64,000 nucleotides of DNA. Source: Chrysomallon squamiferum. Taxonomy: Eukaryota > Animalia > Mollusca. The translations under genes were made by a program, and so were the position numbers. Within the stretch, counting starts at the first letter, position 1; the number at the start of each line of letters is the position of its first letter. This document shows positions 25,913 through 40,206 of this stretch, piece by piece. Under the pieces are notes generated by a model. That model was not told the origin of the DNA and made no database searches. It was given only the letters and a program-made list of their open reading frames with translations. The stretch spans positions 2,976,001 to 3,040,000 of the forward strand of contig CM022671.1 in NCBI GenBank assembly GCA_012295275.1, in the 5' to 3' direction.

Positions 25913-26335
25913 GAAAAATATCAACCAAGCCTGGTAAACCCGAGGATACCGATATTGGAAGTGATTTCATCTGTCTTTCTTGGGAAAAGCCAGAAAGTAA
26001 AAATGTGCTTTACTATGAAGTTAAGTATAAATCTCTTAATGAATCTCTTTGGAAGAAAAATTCTATATTAACAAAGGATAACCAGCCTATTGTACGTATC
26101 GAGGGATTATTACAACAAACTAAATATGTGTTTAAAGTGAAGGCACAGTTTGAAAACAGTGAAGGAGAATTCAGTGAAGAGAGTTTCCCTATTGAGACAA
26201 AAGCTTCTCCATCAATGCAAGTTTTACCTTCATGTAAAAAACTTCAAGATGGAGAACCTTCATTCTACAAACTTCCACTGACTGAAATTAAAGACGCTAT
26301 AAATGATAAGTACCGAACACGAAAATGCGAATTTG
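25913..26335 (+). CDS. FN3-array GTPase gene, exon 2 (divergent FN3 plus linker)
   Basis: Phase-1 acceptor tgtacAG|. Reads KPGKPEDTDIGSDFICLSWEKP..KYVFKVKAQF..GEFSEES. Donor TTTG|GTAAG. Confidence 0.9.
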
Positions 26336-26409
26336 GTAAGAAAAATAAAATTACTTTAGTCCATTTATCTGACATAATTATTACCTTTTGAAAAAAAGGT
26401 ATCACACAT

Positions 26410-26517
<108 letters not shown>

Positions 26518-26612
26518 ACACACACACACACACACGTTAGAGCAAGGAATATTATTATTAAGTATAATTGTAAATCATCCTTTAGCTTTGTACATGTGTT
26601 TCAATATCTTAG

Positions 26613-26788
26613 GCTCATCGGAACTACTTCGAGAGAAGACCATCATGATGATCGGAGCAACAGGATCAGGAAAAAGTACTCTGATTGATGGGATGGTCAA
26701 CTATCTTCTTGGTGTGAAGTGGAAGGACAACTTCAGATTCAAAATCATCGACTTAATGCCCGAGGAAGAAGCAAAACAAGGAAGAGAA
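26613..26788 (+). CDS. FN3-array GTPase gene, exon 3 (P-loop/G1)
   Basis: Phase-1 acceptor atcttAG|. Walker A in TIMMIGATGSGKSTLIDGMVNY. Donor GAA|GTGTGT (phase 0). Confidence 0.9.
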
Positions 26789-27197
26789 GTGTGTAATAAT
26801 ATATGTAATTGTTGTATGCAACAGCAAAAATAAGAAAAGTTTATTTTCTTTATATTTTTATAACTGCAGTCCACAGAAAATAGTAGATATATCTACATAA
26901 TCCCAAATATTTAAAACAAAATATAATAATTAAAAAATTATAAATTCTGTATTATGAAAATGAAATTATTTTTATCCCACATTTAAAATTAAAAAAAGAA
27001 TTAGATTTGTACAAGTATCAAATGCTTTGATTTTCACTGGTGTATATGCAGGAAATAGAGACATTTCACTTACGCACTTCAGAATGTTAATCAAGTAAAG
27101 TATCTCATTGTTTAAATATACTTTACTGATGTTTGCTTAATTCCAATTTGTAAATTAATCTTAATTTCTTCTTTTTTTATTTCTTTTATTTTTATAG

Positions 27198-28484
27198 TCA
27201 GAATCACAAACTGACTGGATTACCAGCTACAGGTTTCATCCAGTAATAGAGAATGTTGGTTATGTTTTGAACATTATTGACACACCAGGTTTTGGGGATA
27301 CGAGAGGATTTGAACGTGATAATGAGTTAGTGAAACAGATCCAAGCTTTCTTTTCAACTCCAGGCATCAAAGGGATTGAAACAATAGATGCAGTCTGCTT
27401 TGTCACCCAAGCCCCTCTTGCGAGAATGACACATGTTCAGAGATATATTTTTAATGCAATTTTGTCCATTTTTGGCAAAGATGTAGAGAACAACATTGTT
27501 GTGATGATTACATTTGCAGATGGAAAAGAGCCACCAGTCCTGAATGCTTTGGATTATGCCAAATTCCCATACAACAAATATTTTGTATTCAACAACTCGG
27601 CACTTTTTGAGCCTAATACAGAGGGAAAATGCAGCAATGTTTCTCAAATGTTTTGGGAAATGGGACGTTCAAGTTTCCAAGCCTTCTTCACTCATATACG
27701 CACTCTGAACTCACAGAGTCTGCAGCTGACAGCTGACATTTTGAAAACAAGAGAACAAATGGAAATCACAGTCGAAGGTCTCATGCCACAGATAGAGAAT
27801 GGTCTTCATGAACTTTCCACGATGAAAAACGAAAGGGATCTTGTAGAGAAATTTGAAAGAGACATACAAGACAACAAGAACTTCACATACAGCAGTGATG
27901 AACTCCATCAAAAGGAAGTAAAACTAGACTCTGGGGAGTATGTAACCAACTGCACCTTTTGCAATATGACCTGTCACTACCCATGTGCCATTCCTGACAA
28001 TGAAAATAAATATTACTGTAGTGCCATGGAAAATGGTTTGTGTATAGTTTGCCCCAAACACTGTTCATGGAAATTACACAGAAATAATAACTTTCGAATA
28101 GAAACCATTTGTGTAAAGGTGAGTAAAACATACGATGAAATGAAAAAGAAATACGAGTATGCAACCAAAGAGAAGGTTACAAAAAAAAATCTTCTTAAAA
28201 AAATTAAGGACAAATTTGTAAAAGTAAAGGATGTTGTTTGCAATAAGCTAATGCAAGTACGTGAAAACGGTAACTATCTTAGGACAAATGCTTTAAAGGC
28301 AAACCCACTAACAGAAATGGAATACCTTGATTTGTTAATCAATACACAATCACAAGCAAAAAAACCTGGGTTCGAAAAGCGTATTAAAATGCTTGAGATG
28401 TTGAAAAGACAAGCAGAGCTTGCAGAAAAAGCAGTACGCATTGATACTGATGAACTGTTGAAAGAAATGGGATTTGATTCATAA
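27198..28484 (+). CDS. FN3-array GTPase gene, exon 4 (G2-G4 of a septin/AIG1-like GTPase, coiled coil, Cys/His-rich domain, coiled coil)
   Basis: Long polypyrimidine acceptor tttatAG| (phase 0). SQT (G2), IIDTPGFGDTRG (G3), MITFAD (G4-like), CTFCNMTCHYPC..C..CIVCPKHCSWKLH; stop TAA. The joined CDS is 5370 nt (1789 aa). Confidence 0.92.
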   Translation, partial: SESQTDWITSYRFHPVIENVGYVLNIIDTPGFGDTRGFERDNELVKQIQAFFSTPGIKGIETIDAVCFVTQAPLARMTHVQRYIFNAILSIFGKDVENNIVVMITFADGKEPPVLNALDYAKFPYNKYFVFNNSALFEPNTEGKCSNVSQMFWEMGRSSFQAFFTHIRTLNSQSLQLTADILKTREQMEITVEGLMPQIENGLHELSTMKNERDLVEKFERDIQDNKNFTYSSDELHQKEVKLDSGEYVTNCTFCNMTCHYPCAIPDNENKYYCSAMENGLCIVCPKHCSWKLHRNNNFRIETICVKVSKTYDEMKKKYEYATKEKVTKKNLLKKIKDKFVKVKDVVCNKLMQVRENGNYLRTNALKANPLTEMEYLDLLINTQSQAKKPGFEKRIKMLEMLKRQAELAEKAVRIDTDELLKEMGFDS

Positions 28485-30425
28485 GTTTATTTGCATAATT
28501 ATAAGCATAACTATACTGAAAAATCCATTGGAGCTAATGCTTTTTAAAAAAAGTTTTGACCAGGAACGGAATTTACTTTTTTGAATAATCCTACGTTCAT
28601 ATTTCATTATTTCTGATTGTATTCACATATATGTAATGGAAACAACTCGGTGACAATGCTTTTTATGGATAATTATATCAGTATCACTGATGATAATATT
28701 TCACATAATATTATAATATTAAAATAATGTACATCTGCAAATAAATTCATCTGTACATGCAACTTTAAATTCACTAATAACTTTATGGTGATTTCTTAAA
28801 TATCTTCTCTATTATTATTTACTATATGAATATAATGAAATGTACAGACACCAAAGATAACCGATGATAAAATTATCAAAGGATCTTTTAAATTTTTAAA
28901 TTATTTTGGATAGGAGTTAGTGGATGTTTGTTTTTCATTTTATAAAACACTGATATAAAACAGAAAACAGTGACCTTGTGCCTTTAACTATTTTTTTTTG
29001 TAATAAAATCTAGTTTTTAAGTAATCTGAAATACATATTAAATATTATATTTAAGCAATTTCATTTGGCCATCATTTGTACACTATAGGAGTAATATTAA
29101 TATTAATATGTTCAACTGAAATACAGTAAATCCTGAATTCAATGAAATTGTTATTTAGCAGACTAATTTGAATGGACTTTTTTGTGTGTGTAATCATTCA
29201 GTGATTGTATTTTTTAACTTTTACAAGATTAAAAACTGTATAAAGCCTGTAGCTACTTCCCTGGTAATTGCTAGTATGCTACAATTTCAGTATAATGCTA
29301 TAAGAAATATTTAAATATACTTTCTAAAATTGTGATTGAAATGTCTTATCGCATAAATGGACACCCTTCATCCATATTAATTTGTAACATCAAGGGTCTA
29401 TTGAAACTTTATGCATTAATGAAATACTGAAAATATATTTAAATTTTTTTAATTTATCCTTTAATCTTAAGCAGCAAATATATAAGCTTTCTAATGCATA
29501 AACAGGAAATAGATTGTATGCAAGCTTTATTTTTTTAAATTGTTTCTTTGTTTTTTGTTAATTATTCTTGTATTTTTTTTATTCCCCCCCCCCATGTCCA
29601 TTGTAATGATAAAGCTTTTTTGTTAGCTATAGCTCAGTGGTCAGAACCCGTTTGTGTTTCATAAATACTTTTATAAATATACTTTGCTTAGGTGAAAAGT
29701 TGTATTTAAAATTATTTGTTGCTAATTGAAACAAACTCCTCTCAGTATCTCTTCATTTCTTTCTTTCTTTTTTTCTTTTTTTTTATCTAGATATGATCTT
29801 AGATTAGAAATGTCTTGAGAGTGTGATTAAATAAAACTTTTATTATTGTTTTTTGTTGTTGTTTTCTAAAAATTTGGCAGTATTTTTCATTTACTTTACA
29901 GAATCTGAAACCATACTCGTTGGCTGTAGAGTATATGTAACAAACTGTTTCAGTTGTCACATGTTATCTTTGTGGTTAAAGGAACTGGCAAATTCATGCT
30001 CTGAGGTGAAAGTCAGAGTTACAAAAAAAAACTAAAAAATTTTCTAACTATATTTGAAACCAGAAAAGCAGTTTATCTATAATAAATATCAAAATTTTAA
30101 AATATCTTGAGAACCAAGGTGTGAATATCGATTATTAGCCATCAAATTGAAAGTTACCATTTTTATAATTCTAGAAACCCTTACAAAATCTTCAGTCTGC
30201 TGTTGTAATCAATACTGTTCTGGAATAAAATATCATTACATATTCCAAAACAAATATTGAGGATTAGTGCTCATTTTTGTAAAGATAAAATAGTATCTGG
30301 ACATTTTCAAAGTGTCCTTAATGTCTTTTATTATTATGTTATTTTATTAGATCTTCAAAATATTAATTAACTTTTCTGAAACATCAGCTGTGTAGAATCA
30401 TTTGCAGAAATAAAATTCTGCACAT

Positions 30426-30472
<47 letters not shown>

Positions 30473-30569
30473 CTTCTTTTTATATTTAATTTATTCATAA
30501 CATTTTAAGTATTTATATAAATAGAATAAAATAAGAAAGAAACTTTTTAGTATAAAGGAAATAATTAAA

Positions 30570-30850
30570 TAATGTAACTGCTAGAATTAACACTTTACTA
30601 TAAAACTGCTTCATCTATCTTATTCAGTTAAGTAACTTTGAAACTAATTATCTTTAAAACCGATATGACTGTTATTTTAAAAGGAGCACAAAGTAATAAT
30701 AAACTAATGTCCCGAAGGCGGATATACTGACATTATGATTCATAAACTAAAGGTATATAAATGGAGTATCATAATCATATATTAAACTTGTTAAGTCTTT
30801 ATTTAAACTATGATTGTTTTGTTTTTTCTTAAATATTTTTAAATACTTTC
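30570..30850 (+). repeat. Diverged copy of the FANCD2 3' flank/UTR region (39160-39440)
   Basis: tgctagaat.aacac.tt.cta.aaaa..ttattcagttaagtaacttt.aaa..gactgttattttaa..gatatactga.at.atga is shared by both regions. Confidence 0.7.
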
Positions 30851-33800
30851 TCTTTTTGAATAGCTGTCTGTAGGTACATGACAAAATCGCACTTTACGCC
30901 CATTATCCGCGAATCAATGTTAGTAGTTGTATCCAGTTGAGGCGCACCATCTCCAGAACCTGTTCCCGCCCATTTTAGAATAAAACCTTTTTAGTGACTT
31001 AATACATATTACTTTTACTTCGTTGCTTCGCTTTTGAATTTATCCTATTGCTATTCTAAATATACCTTCCTAAAATCATCCAGACAGAAGAAGAAAACAA
31101 TATATATAAAATAAAATAAAATACCTTCACAAAATCATCTCGGCAGAAAAAAATAAAGAATTATTTCCCTCATGATCGTAATTTATTTATTTATTTATTT
31201 ATTTATTACTGACTTTATCCATTTATGATTAAACACAGTTATTTCGATTTTCTTTCTGTTATTATAATAAAAGTATGAGGCGTAAAAAATTAATTTAAAC
31301 AAAAACAAGTGAATGGTTGATTATTATATAAAAAGAAATTGATATGATTCAAAACGATATACACGGATCATCAGCCTCATGTAGTTCTTAGATCTCTCTC
31401 GCTCTCCATAAATGGCTCTCTTGGTGACTCAGTCTTTCTACTACGGAAATTAGTTATTCCCCTTATGCCATAAATAAATGGGCCGTTTTGTGGTCTTTTA
31501 TTTATTGTGCTATATGTTGGATTTATTTATTCATCATCAAAAATATATCTTTAGAATAATTATTTTCTTTATTATATTAATATAATGTGGTGTAAAAGAA
31601 ATTATATAAAATAAATTTAAACCAAAACAAATGAACAGTTGAGTGTTGCCGATATTACCATTATGTGTCACTTTAATAACGCCTCCATGTATCAACTAAC
31701 AAATATCTTTTTCCTGCTGTTTTAATGTTTCTACGATTACTTTAAATAATGTTATTCCACTTACCTCGTAAATTTGTTTCTATCTATCTGTCTTTTTTAT
31801 TTATTTATTTATCTGTACTAGAAAAAATATTTTAAAAATAATAATTTTTTCTTTGTCTAACATTATAAAGATGAGACATTTTACACACACACATGTACTT
31901 TATTTATGATAAAAAAATTATGTTTAAATAATTATTTGGATTTTCCGTATTAAAAAAAAAAAAAAAAGAAAGAAAGAAAGAACCACACATGCATATAGAC
32001 TTTTGATGGAGAATTCATTTTACAAAAGTATTATGCGATCTCTGTACCAAACTCTCCACTTCGCTACACCTATGCTATGATTATACATGAAAAGATAATC
32101 GTCTCTATCACGTATGGGCAAATTTGTTTGACGAGAGGCTGTATGAGTCAATGTGTGTCAGGCAGGCTCTGCTTCTAAAACAATTCAAAGTAATTTTAAA
32201 CTCATTACACTGAGTGTCATGACACCTCAGTGAACATCAGCAAAAATCGTTTCATAGGTTTGATGACTGTAATTAAGAAAATGTTCACAAATTGATAATG
32301 ATATGCTACTTTAAGTCTTTGGAATTTTTGTAAACATTATATGGATATAACATTAGAGAGCAATATTCTTATGTGCATTTGTCATGTTAATAAATGACAG
32401 TATTATAGCATCTATTGGGTTTATATATAATATTGTGTGTGTGCGCATACATGAATTAATAATTGAAAAACAAAACCCAAGTATTTAAAAATAAACATAT
32501 ATAGATGTTTTTACCTGTCATATGTATGTTATTTTTAATGTTATACAAGAGATGAAACCCACAAATGTCTTATAGACTTGTAACACCAAAAAGCAGTAAG
32601 TTTGTTTAGATAGTATTCTGACAAACAAATTAGGGGGTTTTGTGTTTGGAACTGGAAATACCCTACTGCAGAGGCTGTTCTATTGTCTGGCAAGCTCTCC
32701 AATTTCTGATGTCCAGTCAAAGTTCTATGACTGCCACTGCCTCAAGACAGTGAAACAGGAGTGTTTATTTCTAGAATTATCCTTGAAAGCAATATAGTTT
32801 TAAATACAACTGATAAATACGTAAAATAACTTCCATCATCTCAGGACCTAAAAACAATAGTCAAAATGGAGAAATTTTACGTATGGTGACTCTAACAAAA
32901 CAACAACAACAACAACAATAATAATAATAATAATAGAAATATATATATATATAGTGTTACTGCTTTGTGGTTTTTTTTTTTTTTTTAATTTAATTTTGTT
33001 TCTTTATTTCTTTTTTAATTATAATTTTTTTTTTTTTTTAAATTTATTATTATTATTATTATAATTATTTTTATTTATTTAATTTTTTTTTTTCAGATTT
33101 GATCTCACAATTTGTTTCAGGTGATCTGCAGATTGTTCCTAATTTTGTAACTTCTAGAATTCTCTTCCTGGATTACAAAGCACACATTAATATAAAAAAA
33201 GTGCTGTAGTACATATAAGATAAAATTTAACATAGGTACTCAAACATGGATGAATTTAATCAGAGGTACAAAAATAGATGAACACTGCCTATATCATTGT
33301 CATCAAAAATGTAATTAAGCTATATGGTCTTTTTCAAAACGTGTTAAATGAACATTCTATGGAAAAGAAGTATTTTAAAGAAAATTTATTAATTTTTACC
33401 CTGTGTAAGACATGAAAGTATCGTATTACTATCTTACAAACTAATAGTATGACAACAGGAAAAGTTAAATATTGTTTATTAGTCCTTCTGAAAATGACTT
33501 GTAACAGAATGTTTTGTCTTTACTTTATCAATCACAATACTATGCCATGCTTTCACCTATTTCCATAAGAATTAGTATGAAACATATTTGGAACTGTGAT
33601 CACTTCAGTGTAACATGGGAGATAATTATTCCCATGTATTAACAATAAAATGGATTGTTTTAGATTTATAGATTTATTAACTGTTTGTAAATTGTTTAAG
33701 TGTGTGTAAAATAATATTTTTTAATGTGGATAAACACAATTTTTATGTGGATAAACACAATGTTTTTGCTAATATATAATTTTTGATCTAAGGAATTATG

Positions 33801-34186
33801 GAAAGGTTTGGATTGCATTCAAAAGATGTAAGTATAATTTTTTAGCAAACATTAAATAAATATGTGAATAATTTGGTTCAGAAATATTTTGTTATAATGG
33901 AATATTTTGCTGTCACTTAGATTCAGAATACACTAATTTCACAAACCATAGGAATAACCTGTACATATTCATACAATTTAAATATACACATACAAATAAG
34001 TAACATACAGAAATAAGCCAGTGTTTGAAATTATATATGTAAAAGAAGAAATTAAATACAAAACACTATACATGACTTTCAGTTAGTAAAAAAGAAAAAA
34101 AGAATATTTTAACCATCACGTGCCTGACATGATATATTATTACACACAAGTGCACATATTAAAATATTATTATTGGATTCTGTCAG

Positions 34187-36320
34187 AATTGTAGCAATTT
34201 TCCTACAAAGAGTGGAAAGCCACTATGACTTAGGAAGTCATTGTGTCTGTCTGTCACGGAAAAGTCCTAGTAAAGATATTGTGTATTATGAAGTTAAACG
34301 GAAACAGAAAAAGGATTCCATGTGGGACAGGAAATCTGTAATGACAAAGGATAATACACCAGCTCTATGTATTGAGGAGTTGTTACAGGAGTCACAATAT
34401 TTATTCAAAGTCGGAGCTGTGTTTGAAGACAGTGAGGGAGAATTCAGTGAACAGAGTGACCCTGTCAAGACAAAACTGTCTCCAGCTAAACCTGTCAGAA
34501 TTTCAAGATGGAAACCCACCATTTTACAAGCTGAAGTTAAAAGATATCAGCTCTTCTAAAAATGATAACTACAAAAGGAAACTGCAGTTTGGTAAGTTTC
34601 TTACATTCTGTTAAGTATATTTATATGATTATGCAGGAATTGGCAACTATTGTAAAGGAATAAAGTAATCCATAGTAAAAACTTTATTGAATGGCAAAAT
34701 ATTAGAGAAAAAATAACAAAAATTGGAAATTAAGTTACATTGAAAACTAACTGGCTGACATTAAAAGTGTTTACAATTCTGTCTTGAGAAACATCATGTT
34801 TCTAGTGATCTTTAGCAATTTAGCTCACCATTACTCTATTAACAAATTGCATTATTCCATCCCACCACTTATTATCATTTTTTGTTGTTGTAGTTATTAG
34901 TTCTTATTAGTTCAATGTCTGCATTTTCTTTTTCTAAGGATCACCATCATATAACACTTTAGAGGAAAAAACAATCATGATGACTGAAGCAACAGGATCA
35001 GGAAAAAGTACTTTGATTGATAGGATGGTCAACCATTTTTTTGATGTCAAGTGGCAAGACCACTTCAGATTCAAAATCATCGACTTAATGTCTGAGGAAG
35101 AAACAAAACAGAGAATTGAAGTATGTATCCGGTAGTAAATCTGAACAAACAATTCTAACATGATGTTTTTCATCAAACACACCTGAAGAAAAATGATCAT
35201 TTTCTATTCTGAAATTGATTGAAGGGTTGTGCATTGAAATGGAAAATACCTAGTAGATATACTGAAACCAGATCTAATTATTGTTACTCTGTGAAGTTCT
35301 TTCAAAACATTAAATTCTACTTTATCTTATTATTAATGTTTCACAATTACATATATATATTTCTTTTTTCTTTCCTCCCCCCCCTCAAAACTCTGAAAAA
35401 TCCCTTTCAAGTGATCTGTATTTTTGTTATTAGTCATCTAAAATGAATAGAATAAAGTGAAGCTCTTTTCACTGAAAATCATAGACAGACAAGGGTATTG
35501 GTAGAAATGGCTTGCCTTAGAGGGGTGCCAGATTTATTAATATACATTTATGACAAATTACAATCTGTATACATATTCTGTATTGAACTGATATAGGTGT
35601 TAGTGATTATTAAATATTTTGATTGAAGGTGCATCCACCTGTCATCCAATGCAGAAGGAAACAAATTTGCAAAAATGTTTTGGGAGATGGGATCCTCAAG
35701 TTACAAAGACTTTTTTGCTTTTCTATTGACTCTGAAAACAAAGTCTTCAGCTGACAGCAGAAGTACTGACGAAGAGAAGTGAAATGAATGCAACCATGAA
35801 AGGTCTGATACCACAGACAGACAAAGGTCTAAATAAACTCAATGATATGAGAAAAGAAAGGGAACTTGTAGAAACGTTTGAAAGGCAAATAAATGATAAC
35901 AAAAATTTCAGATACAAGACCAATGAGTACCATGATATTAAGATTCCTTTGAAAGAAGAATATGTTACAAACTGCAACCATTGTCACAAGACATGCCATT
36001 ACCCTTGTGGTATTCCACTCTCTGAAGATAAAAATGAATGTACGGCTATTAATTATGACGGTTACTGTCACTGGACAATGCATACATAAGTTAAGGTGGA
36101 GAAAACACATGAAGACATGAACAAACAAATATGAATTAGCACAGAAAGAAAAAGTATCAAAACAAAATTTTGTTCATTCAATTCAAACAAAATTTGCTGA
36201 AGAAAAGGATGTCGTCAGCAAAATGCTAACGTGTGAGAGAATGTTCAAACTATTTAAGATTCAATGCTATGAAATCAAATCCACTGTCAGAAGTGGAATA
36301 CCTTAATATGTTTGATCATT
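34187..36320 (+). pseudogene. Decayed paralog of the FN3-GTPase gene
   Basis: FN3 exon ~34187-34591 (frameshift near 34495; same TTTG|GTAAG donor). P-loop exon 34939-35120 with G1 mutated to EATGSGKST. Exon-4 remnant ~35645-36320 (MFWEMG, EYVTNCNHCHKTCHYPC, NPLSEVEYL) with frameshifts and no G2/G3/G4 segment. Confidence 0.88.
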
Positions 36321-36539
36321 ACCAATGTCGCCAGTTAATTTAACACTGAAATTCAACACAGTCAATGGAAAAGTGCTAATTATTTGCTTGATTATATAAG
36401 CAATTATCATCTGCACAAAGTGATATTAGCAGAAATAGGTCATTTTCCTTTAATTTTTTTAATGTCAGGATCTCTTTAGTGCAGTAGCTGAATATACCGA
36501 TTATAATAGTGACTAAAAGGATTAATGATGATTTTGTTG

Positions 36540-36922
36540 CCTGTAAAAGAGAGTAAAAATGAATAAAGCTTATTCTTGTTTGTTTGCTCTATTAGAAACT
36601 TTAGAAATAATTAAACTGTATGCAAAAAGTAAAGTATAAAATAGTGATTATTGTCTTTGTAGTAAATAACTTAACAGTAGAATCAGTCAATCAGAGTGGG
36701 TGTTTTTCACTTCGTATCTCATGAAATCATAAAAGAACACTTCAAAAATTTCACTTATTTTATTTCACTGAAATATTTATGCAGCATTTATAGGACAAGA
36801 CAAAATAAACAGCTGTAAATGTGAATGGGTCAGTAGGAAGTCAGCAAATTTACTTCAGTAATTAATTTTTTTTTTACTTCTGTTTCTTTTATTATTATTA
36901 TTTATTTATTTTTATTACTTTA

Positions 36923-36953
<31 letters not shown>

Positions 36954-37550
36954 GTTGTTGTTGTTGTATTTTCTTATGTTTCTGTTTTTTTTTTTTTTTT
37001 TTTTTTTTTTCAATCCATGGATTACAACTGAATCTTAGGTTACATTTAATATTTTCTAAATTATATTGTTTTTAGTAATTTATATATTTGTCACTATCAT
37101 TGCTGCTTGTTGGGTTTTTGTTTGGTTTTCATTTTTTTCATAATTTGCTGTGGTGCTTTGATTTCTATATCAAGATTTGGCAACTAAGTTCAATAAACAT
37201 ATGGTCTACTTAATGTTTCATTTGACACTCGAATTCAACAATCAGTCTTTGAGGAGTGTTAATTGCTTTTTTTATTATATACACCACTATCAACTGCAAA
37301 GTTAATTTCAGATATACATGACATTTATTTACCTATAATTTTGTAAGGATGTCTTTAGTGGGTTGAATAAACAAATCTTTAAACAGCTACTTAACAGACT
37401 AAAAAGTATAAACTAAAAGGAAAATAAAGAAAAAGGTAAAGACAGCAATATTTGCTGAGATAGAAAATAAAAAAGCTTGTTCTTGATTGTTTGGTCTGTT
37501 AGAAAATTTAGAAAAAGTTAAACTGGATGGAAGCTGTAAAGTATAACAAA
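36540..37550 (+). repeat. ~100 bp diverged direct repeat (36540-36640 and 37455-37550)
   Basis: aaagctt.ttcttg.ttgtttg.tct.ttagaaa.tttagaaa.a.ttaaactg.atg.aa...gtaaagtataa occurs twice. Confidence 0.75.
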
Positions 37551-40206
37551 AACATGAAGATCAGTTGCACAGTAAGCCATCAGCCTTGATGTTGTTGTTG
37601 TTTAACATTTTATAATAAGTTTTACAGGATAATAAAGGGCACAAAAAGTATTAAATCAACATTCAGAATATAACATTTTGATAAAAATTCTGTTTCCTTC
37701 TAATTTTTGAAAACGAGAAACTTGTAAAAATTATCCCATGCATATTTGTTAAATATCTAATATTCTAACAAAATGAAATGAAACGGTTTATTAAAACATT
37801 TGATGCTATGTTTTATAATACTGTGACTATTTTTGTAACTATTTAGTGTGCATAATTCTGATAATTGTCTTTAACTTGCATGTATAATCTCTAGTGTGTG
37901 AAAAATAAAGATAATTTTCATCTACCAGTCATCTCTTTTGTTTTGTTTAAATGTTTTTTGTTTCACACAAACAAACAGATGGTATCATTGTTTATTTATT
38001 ACCAACATATAAAAGGGAATAAAAAAAAAATTAAAGAAAATTATGTTACATTAACGACTGGATTTTTAAGAAAACATTGATTTTGATTTCTATCAAAGTG
38101 TAATTATGAACCAAACTTCCTAACTAAGTTTTAATATTTGACAGAAGTATCTTGAGTAAAATGGAAAGAAGAGCTGAACATATCAATATGAAGAGGATAA
38201 ACATGTTTTCAGTTAGTTATGGATACTTTATTTAAGCAAGTGATTCAATAGGACTTGTTATTGAAAAATCAATTAATATTTTAATGAGCTGATAAAATAA
38301 TATAAATTATGATAAAAAAATATATGTAAGAAAAACTAAGGCATATAATAAAATATAAGAAGAGAAAAAAGAAAATTAAAGTAAAATCACCGACAAAGAA
38401 ATATAATTGTTTTTTATCTGAAGTAGATTTTTCTTTCCATGACTAATTTGATGCTCTCAAGACTAAAATTTCGAATCTTCAGGTTTTTTAAGCAAAACAT
38501 GATTGAAGTATATGTTGTTATGGTCTCTGAGACATGATTTGATTGCATATTAATAAATGCAGCTTGTTTCAAAATACATTTTTAAAATATTGTTGTAGCA
38601 TATTCAAAATGACATAATGCAAAATACATGTGTGTGTGTGTATATATATATGTATATGTATATATATGTGTGTATATATATATATATATGTATATGTATA
38701 TGTATATATATATATATTTATTATTTTTATTATTTTTTTAAAATTAGTTTAGGTCATTTAAAATACAAATTACATACTGCATGCTAGGTGAAATTATTCC
38801 TTTGAAATTAACCATATTTAACAAAGTTATGTATATAAATGAAAAAATTATAATTAAAAAATAACTATTATTTTTCTTGATACTCCGAAAGGACAAATTC
38901 ATGATCTAAGGGGAATAACTCAATTTAAAAGTTAGAGAAAGTAATAATTTTAAAACGAGAATAGCAGTGTACAATTATTTGCAAAAACAATTCTACATTC
39001 CTATTGTTTAAATTATATTCTGAATGTATATATTATTATTATATATGGTCCTTTCACATTTAATTTATTTAGAAATATTTTAGTATTTATACAGCATTTT
39101 ATATAGATAAGAAAACAAAAAAAGAAGAAAAGAAACTTACTGGTGTAAAGAAAATAATTTTTCTCATTGCTAGAATGAACACCTTCCTACAAAATATTTT
39201 ATTCAGTTAAGTAACTTTAAAAGTAGTTACCTTTAAATCAGATGACTAATTATTTTAATTATCCAAACTGTAGTATTATAAAATGGCTGTGAACTAATAA
39301 AATCTAATAGCCTGAATTCAGATATACTGATATCATGAAATAAAATATTAGTTTGAACTATAGAATTGGATTATCACCCACCCATAGTATTAAATTGGTT
39401 AAAATTTTATTAAAGCTATGGTTTCTTTCATCTTTTTCTTTCTTTCCTTTCTTCCATTCTTTCTTTATCCTTAAAAAAAATTTGTCTTTCTTTGTCTTCC
39501 TGACAGGCTTCCTGATAAGAATTTCCTTATCCCGAGTATCTTCAGGTGGAGATCAGCTCAGACGGACATTTGGATGGATATCACAGATTCTCATTTACTT
39601 GTGCCCTGGAATGCTCACACTCTTTAACAATTTACTGTCAGAGTTATCTCTCTTGACTGTATACAACTGTTGCTTTCTCACACATTTTCTTATCATTCAT
39701 AATAATAACAATAAATTATGGTTTCCATACTCACCACTTCACTCTCCTCATCTTCCTGAACTGATCCCTCGTCCTCCACATCACTCTGATTTCCATCTGT
39801 TAAAGAAACCTGCGACAAGATTTCCTCTCCCTGTTCAAAAACATACAAATAAAATACAAATAATACTGAATTAAAATTACATACAAGAGTAACACAGTCT
39901 TTGTTTCATATGGTTTGAAATAAACTATTCCATGAAAAAAACAAAATTAAAATCCTAAACCCTACTTTTAAAAAGAATATCAAGTTAAGTAATAAAAACA
40001 AAAACCTGCCAACATATCTATAAAAGTGGCATGATTAACATATTTTAATACAAAATTGTGACCTATTAGTATTAGGATTTACTAATCAAGTAAAATACAA
40101 AATTATCATTATGTTATTAAATGGTGTTTTTAATTTTAGAATCATTTTAATTATCCAAGCAAAGCTAGGGTTCAATTAACAGTTTGGAACTGCCAAAATG
40201 ATCAAC

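Noticed and set aside
29622-29655. tRNA gene (tagctcagtgg A-box-like)
   Set aside because: No B box or cloverleaf; at most a SINE-head fragment.
39353-39874. 173-aa plus-strand ORF
   Set aside because: It is the antisense shadow of the FANCD2 3' exons plus low-complexity sequence; the same applies to other short antisense ORFs over exons.
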